The translations under genes and the position numbers were made by a program. The notes under the pieces were generated by a model. That model had not been told where the DNA came from. It searched no databases and saw nothing but the letters and a program-made list of their open reading frames with translations. A DNA stretch of 64,000 nucleotides, taken from Octopus bimaculoides. Taxonomy: Eukaryota. The stretch's first letter is position 1. Every line of letters begins with the position of its first letter. The stretch covers positions 55,072,680 to 55,136,679 of the forward strand of contig NC_068981.1 of the NCBI RefSeq assembly GCF_001194135.2. The letters run 5' to 3'. This document shows, in pieces, positions 53,731-64,000 of the stretch.

Positions 53731-54870
53731 ACAACTTATAAATAAGGGCAAAAGAAAAAATTCTATGCCAAATATGCCGAGAATAGACTTTAAATCGTCA
53801 ATAACCACATATAATTCATCACTATAAGCTCATGTCTCGAAGCAAGCTAACAGAAATGTCTAAAAAAAAAGCCGGTGAGCTGGCAGAAACGTTAGCACGC
53901 CGGGCGAAATGATTATCGGTATTTCGTCTGCCGCTACGTTCCGAGTTCAAATTCCGCCGAGGTCGACTTTGCCTTTCATCCTTTCGGGGTCGATAAATTA
54001 AGTACCAGTTACGCACTGAGGTCGATGTAATCGACTTAATCCCTTTGTCTGTCCTTGTTTGTCTCCACTATGTTTAACCCCTTGTGGGCAATAAAGAAAT
54101 AAGAAATTTCTAGAAAATTCTGTTATTACCGAATCGGTCCGATTTCTGAGTTATTCATAAAGAATTTTCTCGTTATCAGCGGCAAATACGTTAAGCAATA
54201 AATGAAATACTTACTTGCACCCATGGAACAAGCAGACGCAAAGTCATGTGTACACTTAAGTACCCCAAATATATCCAAATACAAATTTTGGTTATTGACG
54301 ATTTAAAGTCTATTCTCGGCATATTTAGCATAGAATTTTTTTCTTTTGCCCTTATTTATAAGTTGTTTATAATTTTTACCTTAAAAGGTATTTTTTTAAT
54401 ATACTGGCCACTGATAAAATTTCTTGAAAATTTTATCTTATATTAGATGTAAATTTATTATCATTCAATTCCGGACTGTCTCCGACACTATGAGAATTTT
54501 CCGTCTGATCGCACGTGTCTCGAGATGTACTGCAAAATTTCTATTTGGATATATTTGAGGTACTTAAGTGTACTCATGACTTTGCGTCTGCTTGTTCCAT
54601 GGGTGCAAGTAAGTATTTCATTTATTTCTTAACGTATTTACCGCTCATGACGAGAAAATTCATTATGAATCAACTCAGAAATCGGACCGATTCGGTAATA
54701 ACGGAATTTTCTAGAAATTTCTGTTAGCTTGCGTCGAGACACGTGCTTATAGTGATGAATTATATGTGGTTATTGACGATTTAAAGTCTATTCTCAGCAT
54801 ATTTGGCATAGAAATTTTTTTCTTTTGCCCTTATATATAAGTTGTTTATGATTTTTCGCCTTAAAAGGTA
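53731..54870. mobile_element. about 1.15-kb foldback element with about 315-bp inverted arms; left arm interrupted by a SINE
   Basis: 53731-54288 with the SINE removed is the reverse complement of 54534-54845; the terminal segment is repeated inside the spacer at 54289-54391. Confidence 0.9.
53871..54101 (+). mobile_element. full-length young tRNA-derived SINE with TSD
   Basis: ggtgagctggcagaaacg (A box), gagttcaaattccgcc (B box), gcctttcatcctttcggggtcgataaattaagtacc, aataaagaaat tail; TSD agaaat(g/t)tcta at 53852-53862 and 54102-54112. Confidence 0.95.
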
Positions 54871-56436
54871 TAAAAAAGGATAGAAAAATGGAGAGGGTGG
54901 AAACTGAAACATTTTGAACATCTCTAAAAACATCTCATTTTAAACATCTCCAGAGGGAGTTTTTGTCTACAGACTACTTGTATAATCTTAGCTGGAAGAA
55001 ATTTTTCAACACACACTATATTACAGATGGAAGATTCTACTGCTTTTCTCTATGTGTGTGTGTGTGTGTGTATGTGTGTGTGTGTGTNNNNNNNNNNNNN
55101 NNNNNNNNNNNNNNNNNNNNNNNNNNNNNNNNNNNNNNNNNNNNNNNNNNNNNNNNNNNNNNNNNNNNNNNNNNNNNNNNNNNNNNNNNNNNNNNNNNNN
55201 NNNNNNNNNNNNNNNNNNNNNNNNNNNNNNNNNNNNNNNNNNNNNNNNNNNNNNNNNNNNNNNNNNNNNNNNNNNNNNNNNNNNNNNNTGAGTATGTACG
55301 TGCAATTGTGCTGCGTGTGTGATAACGAACACTACACTCAATAATTTCAAAAGCGATGCTGTAAATGTGTCCCCCTCTGCCATTGATTACTAAAATCCCC
55401 AATACAGCATATTCTTTTCTAAGTGGTTTGTTTTATTAATTTTGTTTTAGTATTTTATTTGGTCTCTCAACTCATTCACTGTAAACTATTTACAAAATGA
55501 ACTGATTTGTTTAGAAAGTGGCGTTTGGGTGACGAACTGTGATTTAGATATGACACATGATTAGATGTCGTGCGTATTGAGTAAATAATCTTATGGCTTC
55601 TACATTGGCTAAAAACGAACCAACCAGCTAAAATTAGCATTTCATTTACTCTTGTGGCACAGCTTTTCTAAACAAAAGAGTTCGTTATCGCAATCGAAAC
55701 TATCGTCTAGTGTGGCAAATAAATATCCCTGATATAACTGTTATGTATACGTATGTATGCGTGTATGCATATGTGTGAGAGAAAGATAGATGGATCTAGA
55801 AAGAGGGAAGGCTGGAAGCAAAAGAGAGAAATAGAGAGTGGGGCTAGCAAATATTTTTCAATAAAGCGACATGTAACAGATGCGTCTAATAACCGTTTTA
55901 AAAATAACCATTCAAAATTTCATTTCAATTGTATGATAAAATGGACAATTGCAATTACTTCTTTCTTCTCAGTATCAAAACCCATACATCAACGTACTCG
56001 GACTACAGCTAGGATGTATTTCAAAAGGAGTATATCCGTTTTATTAATTTCTTTACACTGACTGCAGATAAATTTTAAAATATCTCCGTATAATCTTTGT
56101 CTTTGTATAAGTTAGTCCAAGAGGGGCGAACAGCACCCATTATTTCAGTAAGACCTCCTAGATGATAGGTCAATGCGGTTGATTTTAATTTCAACTTCTT
56201 CGGCTTCATATCAACAGAGAAAACATGTTTGCATTGTAGGGTTTAAGACACAGTACAAATGACTATGTGATATAGGGGGGGGTGCATTAGGTGATGAGAG
56301 GCGTAGTTATATTCGTAACAGTTATGATAGAGCTAAAATAAAATACACCTCGTCAGTTGACTAGTAATTTTAGACTATTAAGCAATTAAAGGTTGTCCAC
56401 TTCGCAAAACGGCTCTTTTTTAAATGCATTTTGGAA

Positions 56437-56908
56437 TTCTTTTACTTGCTTCAGTCATTTGACTGCGGCCATGCTGGAGCACCGCCTTTAGTCGAGCAAA
56501 TCGACCTCAGGACTTATTATTTGTAAGCCTAGTACTTATTTTATCGGTTTCTTTTGCCGAACCGCTAAGTTACGGAAACGTAAACACACCTGCATCGGTT
56601 GTCAAGCGATGTTGGGGAGACAAACATAGACACACCAACACACATACANNNNNNNNNNNNNNNNNNNNNNNNNNNNNNNNNNNNNNNNNNNNNNNNNNNN
56701 NNNNNNNNNNNNNNNNNNNNNNNNNNNNNNNNNNNNNNNNNNNNNNNNNNNNNNNNNNNNNNTATATATATGACAGGCTTCTTTCAATTTCCGTATTGGT
56801 CGGCCCGAGGCTATAGTAGAAGACACTTGCCCAAAGTGCCACGCAACGGGACTGAACCCGAAATCATGTGGTTGGTAAGCAAGCTACTTATCACACAGCC
56901 AATCCTGT
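56437..56908 (-). mobile_element. apparently complete CORE-like SINE with an internal microsatellite lying in a gap
   Basis: the tRNA/CORE part at 56765-56908 matches the 53459 copy; the 3' part (cagtcatttgactgcggccatgctggagcac) lies on the other side of the gap. Confidence 0.85.
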
Positions 56909-59087
56909 GTAATAACAACAGTGTCCATGACACGTGACCAGTGCTCTAATTTGAGATATTTACTGTGAGAAGTGTTGTTTTTGACTATGTTATATGTGGC
57001 CATCCAGAGAACTCGTTAGAATTCAGTCCTACTGTGCAGCACATTTAGTGACTTCTCGAATCAACACAATCCTTGTGTGTGAAATTGGGTATAAACACCA
57101 TCACATGACCCTTTAATACTGTCTTCAGAGCTCTCTTTGTTTCAAATATTTGAACATGTTCCCGCTCTTGTGATAGCACCATGTATTGATGAGCTACTCC
57201 AATATTAATAGTTTCTGCCTTCTTTTCTCTTCACCACTCTTAAAATAATTTCCGAGTATCATCGTGTAACAGTCATTGAAACAGGTGTAGAGATGGTTAG
57301 AGTTTCAAAGTATTGGGGTTTCATCTCCCTCTTCATCATTCAAATGCATTTTATTTTCGCAGTAAATAATGAATTTTATTGTTTACAGGAAAGAAAAGTT
57401 ACTTGCCATTTCCCATCATTTTGTTTTTCAAACTGACCAGCCAGATTATAATACTTCATATGTAATCGATATTAATGATCGTTTTTAACTATCATCCCGT
57501 CTTACATCTTATTACATTTATTAGCCGTTTCCACTGAAACATATTTCCTCCAGAGATATTTAATGATATAATTAAAATACATAACATAGATAATATAATG
57601 GTTTTTCCTGTACCTCAATCAAATTTTATTACCTCTAAAATATTTTAAATCTGGTGTCGTATGTTTGTCTCTGATACTTTGAATAACCTCGCAAATATTA
57701 ATAAAGAAAAAAAACTCACCAGACATCATAAAATATCAAATTATCTCGTTTCAGTCTGACAACTGAAAAAAAGTAATTAAAATTATATATAATTATCAGA
57801 TAATTCTTAGTTTATTGAAAATGTGAAACCTTCTCAGTGACGGAGCATATGGAGTGGATTTACTGGGCTGGAATACATCAAGAAATGCTAACTTAGTCTA
57901 ATATTATTTGGATAAATTTTAACTTTTTTCGCATAAATACAAAGCACTATTGAAATAGGCCAAGAAATAACACACCTAAATTCAGAAATGTTATTATAAA
58001 ACGTCATTTAAAAATGAAATAAGTTGCTACTTTCAAATTGTATTAGAACGTAGCTGTCAGTACATATAAACGGTCTGTGTCAGTATGAAATTCATGTAGA
58101 CATTTCAGTACGTACATTAATTAAACTTAAGGCTATGTCTCCTGAATTCTAAATTGGGATTCGGTCTCATTTGTATTAATTAATGGAGAGCAAGTACGTA
58201 CCAAAGTTTGACTATGAAAGGAAATGCTAGAAAAATAAAACTATCATTTATACATTTTTATATTGTTTATTACTGTTGGAAGTTGATATAGTTTATGGTG
58301 TTACAGAGGAAATCCTGTTTCAAAGAGACATCTTCATCTTCGTGGTGGTGAAAGACTTTCATTAGTTATACAGCGACATCATTAAAAATACGTAGATGAC
58401 TACGGCTGCAAATTTGAAGCGTGGGAGGTTTGAAAACGTCAGTCGCAAATACATTTTCATTGATTAAAAGAAATGCTATACATATACCATGTGACTCATC
58501 CTATCTGAGAGCCAGTAAGTAAACATCAACGATATTTAAATTTAAACTGTTAGTTTCTTACATAGATGCAATATCAACATTTTAGTAGCTGTTGTGGAAT
58601 TGCTAAATACGTATTTCTGTTTAATGCGCGTCATCAGTATTAAACATCCACCAATGACTTCATACTAAGATAATTCCACCACCGCAGCTGGACACTTTTC
58701 GTTTGCTACTGATATACCTCTGTGTTATTTTAACATTATACATCTACATGAGATGCTTTCTGGAGACAGTACTTCTAAGTTAAGTTATGATATACAGAAT
58801 GCTATTTTGAACTAATATTGCTTCCGTCGCTAATAATTAATATGAATTCTTATTGCAAATCCAGGGCCCCTAGAAACATCATAAGTTTTTAGACAAACAA
58901 TTGTCATTTCAATTCGTTTAGTTTCACTTTATGTTTGAAACTATACAGTTGTTTTTGACTCTTCAATGACAGCAGTTCAAATAATTGCAAAAGCATTTTT
59001 AAAAGCGATGAGATCTTTCAAATCCCCTTCTCTCTTCTCTCCCTACACACACAGACACATACACTCACACACATACAGAGAGAGTAG

Positions 59088-59153
<66 letters not shown>

Positions 59154-61379
59154 AAAATAAAAAAATAAAGGAAAATGACAGAAAGACGCATACAGTTGGA
59201 GTAGTTCAGATAGTAATCGCTTCTTCGACAGAAGGACATTAAAACGGAAGAGAATGGTTACGTTCATGAGACATGGTACCTTTGGAGCGGGAGTACTGAA
59301 ATCGTTGTAATTTCCTGTCGTCTGCTTTATATAAAATATATTCGGAAAGTAAACTGAATGCTTATAACATATAAATATATTTAAAATATATTTAGTCACG
59401 TTGCAAAGTACATATATCAGGATTATATATCATATTTTTCGAGCAACCCATGTGATGACAAACTCGCTATGGGCTTCACAAGTTTGTTGATTCCTTTCTC
59501 AGACAAAAGCGTAACCGTCACATGACTTGCTGAAAGTAGTGTAAAGTTACTTATTAATACTGAAAAAAACTCTGTTTAAATGTAAAAGAGATGTAAAAGA
59601 GTGTCTATGGTGTGTTAGTTACACAAGCACCCAAAACGTTGGATTCTAAATTTAAAAACACTATTGAAGATTAATTCTTGCTAACATTAATAAAAAACAC
59701 ACGTACTTCCTTCTGTTACATAAACTATGAGTCACATCTCTAATTTGCTTATGTGTATTGTGTGTGTGTGTGTTCAATGAGTGTTTGCGTGTATAAGTGT
59801 GTATATGCGTAGACATGCGCATACACATTATGGCAATTTTTATAAAGGTGCTTGTGTTTATAAGTAAAGATAACATTAACATTTGTGCTTATATGAAGCT
59901 TATGAAATCATTAGCTTATCCAAATATAACTATATAACAGTTATTTTCCTCATCAATTTTATATGTAAACAGCTACACGATGAATGTGTACCATCAAACG
60001 TGTAAGAATGTAACATAAATGGTAAACAGTTTCAAAGGAATAAAAATTTGTAAAGACTATAATCAAGCTTAACATCAAGTGAAGTGAAGTAACATAATAA
60101 ACAAACTTAATGCTAGAATATCATAATCACAGACGAAAATCTTTTGTTAAAAATGAGCAAAATAAAGAATTGCTTTTACAAATTAAAGAATGACACGAGG
60201 ATTTGGGCTGGCTGATTTTATCAACTTATAAAATTGCAGACTCTAGCAACATTCTTTTGCAGGTTCTCATGTAAAGAAAATTAAAACTATTGTTGCTTTC
60301 AGGATGAAACTGGAAATAGAATTAATTGTTTATATCTTCAGTCATGTTAAGAAATAGTCAAACGTTAGAGCTAGGTCAAAGTCGATGACTCAGGGAGTGT
60401 ACGGGATTCTTCACGAACGCATTCAATAGTCGTTGTTACGAGTATTTGCACTCGTTGAAATCAAGATATTTGAGAGATTCCGAAGGCGGAGGGAGGTTAA
60501 ACTGTTGATGTTGAAACTGTCGGTGATATTACTTAAGTGAAAAAAATCAGAGATATCTCTGCCATCATCGGAAAAAAACCCATTTTGGCCAGTTTTCATG
60601 TGCACAAGAATCATAGGTCTACCGATTCAAATTCACTGCCAGCAGATTCAACACCCGTCGCAAAGTATCTGCTCTCTTCGTGATCACATGCTATCGACCA
60701 ATGGGAAACGATCAAGCTAGTGCATAACAGACGTATTGCTTCATTCGTTCACCAAATACTGCCTAACCGAAGTATGCGTCGTACATTTTCATGAAACTGG
60801 TATGAATTAAAAACTGATTCCTAATAAACTCAACAGCATTATGTCCTCTTTCGTTAGAAAGCAAAAATGTGTAAAAAGATGTGTGTGCGTGTGCGCGCGC
60901 TTGTGTATATAGAAAGAGAAAAAGGAGAAGATAGAGACGCTCGGATATAAATGCGGATATAGACATAGATGGACATTGCTTTTAAGTAAATAAAAAAAAA
61001 CGATCAGGGAAAGAACTCAATGTGATTGCAGAATATCATACTTATTCTGAATGAAAATACTTTACAGTTTCGTCTTTTGAGTTTTAAATAATATTCAGTT
61101 TGAAAACGCGTTGGACAAAAGCTAAACTAATACATGTTTGTTGTCTACACCACCTGTCNNNNNNNNNNNNNNNNNNNNNNNNNNNNNNNNNNNNNNNNNN
61201 NNNNNNNNNNNNNNNNNNNNNNNNNNNNNNNNNNNNNNNNNNNNNNNNNNNNNNNNNNNNNNNNATATATGTATGTATATATACATAAAATAAGTGATAG
61301 AGTCAGAAAATGGAAATTTTATTGCTCACAACGATCGTTTCTACTCATCTTGCATGTATGCATGTATGTATGTATCATC

Positions 61380-61556
61380 ATCTTCATCATCATCATCGTC
61401 ATTTAACGTCCGCTTTCCATGCTGGCATGAGTTGGCCGGTTTGGCTGAGGACTGGTGAGCCACCAGGCTGCACCAGGCTCAATCTGAACTGGCAAAGTTT
61501 CTACAGCTGGATGCCCTTTCTAACGCAAACCACTCCGAGAGTGTAGTGGGTGCTTT
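61380..61556 (-). mobile_element. SINE or RTE-related short element with (ATG)n tail
   Basis: catcatcatcgtcatttaacgtccgctttccatgc...ctggatgccctttctaacgc; motif cf. GGAAGGGCATCCAG of RTE-associated repeats. Confidence 0.7.
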
Positions 61557-61619
61557 TATATATAAACAACAGTGTTGATCGAATGTAAACAAAAGTAGAA
61601 GCTCAATAAAATATTAGAG

Positions 61620-62350
61620 GTGAAGACGGACGTTATAAATCGTTTAAAAACGAACAAACAAAACCGAACAGGGTTTTAAAGATAAAAACAAAATTAAGAA
61701 GCATAAAAAATGTGAAGGAAATATGTCGGAGAAAATTATGCCCAAAAAATCGTGGCATATTGATGGAGAAAGTGAAAGTTAATGAAAAGTATAGATTGAT
61801 GACAAAGATAGAAAAATGTTCCAACGAATCATGCAAAACTGACAATTTATGGGCAAAATGGAAGGAATACTTCCAATTAGGAGAGCAGGCTATGGATTCC
61901 ATAGAATTTCAGGCAAGCAAAGATGCCTTCGAAATATTTAAGAAACATGCTGGGGCGGGGACTTTGATTAATATTAAACTTAATGGTAAAAAGCTAGTGT
62001 AAAGAAACTGAAACAGATTATATTTAAATTTTCGTTCGCATTGTTAAAAAAAAGTAAGTTCATACTGTCCGGCAAATTTTTAATGCTAATGAAACTATGA
62101 AAATGTATGTATTTCAGCTGAAGGAAGTCATTCAATCTGAGGATAAAACAACTAAGGACTGGCTGACACTGTTAGTCTATCACTTTGAAAGTCCTAGTGC
62201 AAAGTGGAAAGGTATGCTGTTAGATATTTGGAAAGCAAACATAAAATGCTTACGTTACCACAGATATACTTCAAAATTTGTTTAGTGTTCATTTTGTTCC
62301 TGGAGTTAATATTGTATCAGGAACAATCTGTCATTTATGACAATGTTAGT
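61620..62350 (+). mobile_element. Tigger/pogo transposase, N-terminal half, decayed
   Basis: EFQASKDAFEIFKKHAG..INIKLNGKKAS (cf. CENP-B-type HTH FKASKGWFERFKKR..NIKLSGESAS); KTTKDWLTLLVYHFESPSA (cf. KDRLTLL...LVYHSENPRA). Confidence 0.8.
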
Positions 62351-62354
62351 TTAA

Positions 62355-62888
62355 CCCTTCGTGGGCCGGCGGGGTTGGAATTACACAAAAGGTCATTGGG
62401 GTTCCCTTTTATTTTTGCGCATTTCTGCACTATCTATAAAGTAATATTTGTTTAATTTTGTATATATGTATCAGTTCATGATACAGAACAAGAAATTTAG
62501 CACTTTTTTCTTTTATAGTTTTATAAACTATACATATAACACTAAATATAAAATAAAACAAAAAGAATAAAAGAAAAAATGTATATCGATTCATATCAGT
62601 ACAAATACGAAGAAAATTGACTTATAGTTCATCAGAATATCTGAAAAAAAAAGAATAGAAAAAATAATTTCACAGAAGACAATGGTGTCCAGTTGGACCC
62701 CAATGGTCATATTTTATGCTATAACATCCATATGACTGGAAATTTTTAACTCAAAATTTGTATGTGCATACATAAACTATTGACAATAAAAATCATGAGA
62801 TATAAAATCATTTAAATAAGAAATGTAAAAGTTGCATAACTTTTAAAATTTGCTGGTGTCCCAAGGGACCCCACCGGCCCACGAATGG
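62355..62888. mobile_element. 534-bp non-autonomous piggyBac MITE
   Basis: TTAA at 62351-62354 and 62889-62892; TIRs cccttcgtgggccggcgggg / ccccaccggcccacgaatgg. Confidence 0.92.
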
Positions 62889-62892
62889 TTAA

Positions 62893-63510
62893 GATATTAA
62901 AGAATTATATCTTTATCCTGAAATTAAAGTGGTATTTTAGTCTCCAAATGTAAGTGATAATTATCCAATAGATCACACAGTAATAACAACCTTCAAGAGG
63001 TACAATATGTAGGAAGCTGTGATAAAGAAGGGAAGATGGGCATGACCTCTCCTGGAAAGGATACTATATTTGGAGTAATAACAATGATATTGAAGTCTCT
63101 TGATATCAAATACCAGAATCTTCAATGCAAGACTGTTGGAAAAAGTTATGCCAAGATTTAATAGCAAATTTTTCAAAAGATATACCCTTGAGTCTGTCAC
63201 AGAATTTGTTCATGTTATAAGTCAACATGACTTGCAAGTCACAGTTTTAGATACGAATTAACTTATTGTATCTCATTCAGAGACTTTGATCAACAAAATT
63301 TCGATGACATATGAGGGGAATGAAAGATGAAACTGAAAGGAAATCACTCCTATTTGAGTTTTCACGGTGAAGAAAAAAGAAAAAAACTTTATACCTTCTA
63401 CAGTTCTTAAACATTATGAAAGAATATGATCCAGATGTAGAAAGAAATTCACAGGTTCATAGAGCGATTGACAAAGATACATGATGCTATTGGCAACCAA
63501 GTGACGTTCG
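62893..63510 (+). mobile_element. Tigger/pogo transposase, C-terminal half, decayed
   Basis: YPEIKVVF*SPN..YPIDHTVITTFK (cf. VVFLPPNTTSLIQPMDQGVI), SMQDCWKKLCQDL, YDPDVERNSQV. Confidence 0.8.
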
Positions 63511-64000
63511 ATTTGTCCTGCTCAGAAAACCTTTGATAATTTTTAACTCGGCAATATAATTATATCAAATGAATATATGTATGTTCATTACTTAGATTTT
63601 ACTGTTCTTAATTTTCGTCGTTTTGTGTAATGGGCCAAGTGAATTCATATATTTATTCAATGATTCTGCAGAGGGTATAAGGCGATATAAGGGTTGATAC
63701 AGTTATATTCCCTCTTATGTTTGGGGTATCACAATCTCCTTAGTAATTTAAATGAAAACAAAACCACTTAATATGTGACTCAACATTCATATATTTGTAC
63801 ATTCTTAACTCTCAGGAACGAAACCCTTTAATTAATATGTAATTCAATGATTCAATGTTTGGAAATTCAAATTTCATATCAGTTCTCAGGAATGCACCTG
63901 GTATGAAAATGGAGGGCTGCCAGTATGTATGTGTTTGTATGCGTGTGTGTGAGTGTGTGCGTGTTTGTGTGCGTATGTGTGTGTATATGTGTGAGTGTGC

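Noticed and set aside
53459-54101. A-box and B-box tRNA-like sequences
   Set aside because: They are SINE heads with no full cloverleaf and recur in many diverged copies.
1513-61546. Dozens of ORFs rich in CV/HT/YI/LS/RE dipeptides or containing X runs
   Set aside because: They are translations of microsatellites and N-gaps, not genes.
62118-62211. Apparent plus-strand exon (tttcAG| ... AAG|GTATGC) with an upstream GTAAGT donor at 62054
   Set aside because: The peptide and flanks align with Tigger transposase motifs, so the splice-like sites are probably coincidental.

Overview
AT-rich, microsatellite-dense eukaryotic genomic DNA with 14 N-gaps, most flanked by (TA)n/(CA)n tracts. The SINE families resemble the tRNA-derived SINEs I recall from Octopus (inference, not verified). 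No prokaryotic features, CRISPR arrays, rRNA or true tRNA genes are visible. Most of the window looks intronic or intergenic. It is filled with decayed retroelements (RTE, CR1-like and R4-like LINEs, SINEs, Penelope-like remnants) and DNA transposons (Tc1, two mariners, piggyBac transposase and MITE, Tigger/pogo, a probable hAT MITE, two foldback elements). A few small candidate exons may belong to a minus-strand host gene; the best, 29058-29207, has a C2-domain-like peptide. The most notable signal is a set of five minimal type I hammerhead-ribozyme folds of the Penelope-associated kind. One is near-canonical (48915-48997). One is a core variant with a compensatory G3:C8 swap and an extra nucleotide after A9 (19061-19111, minus). 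One sits in the loop of a 335-bp foldback. There is also a homotypic CRE cluster followed by a TATA box and a strong splice donor. All calls were made by eye, and element boundaries are approximate unless TIR/TSD coordinates are given.
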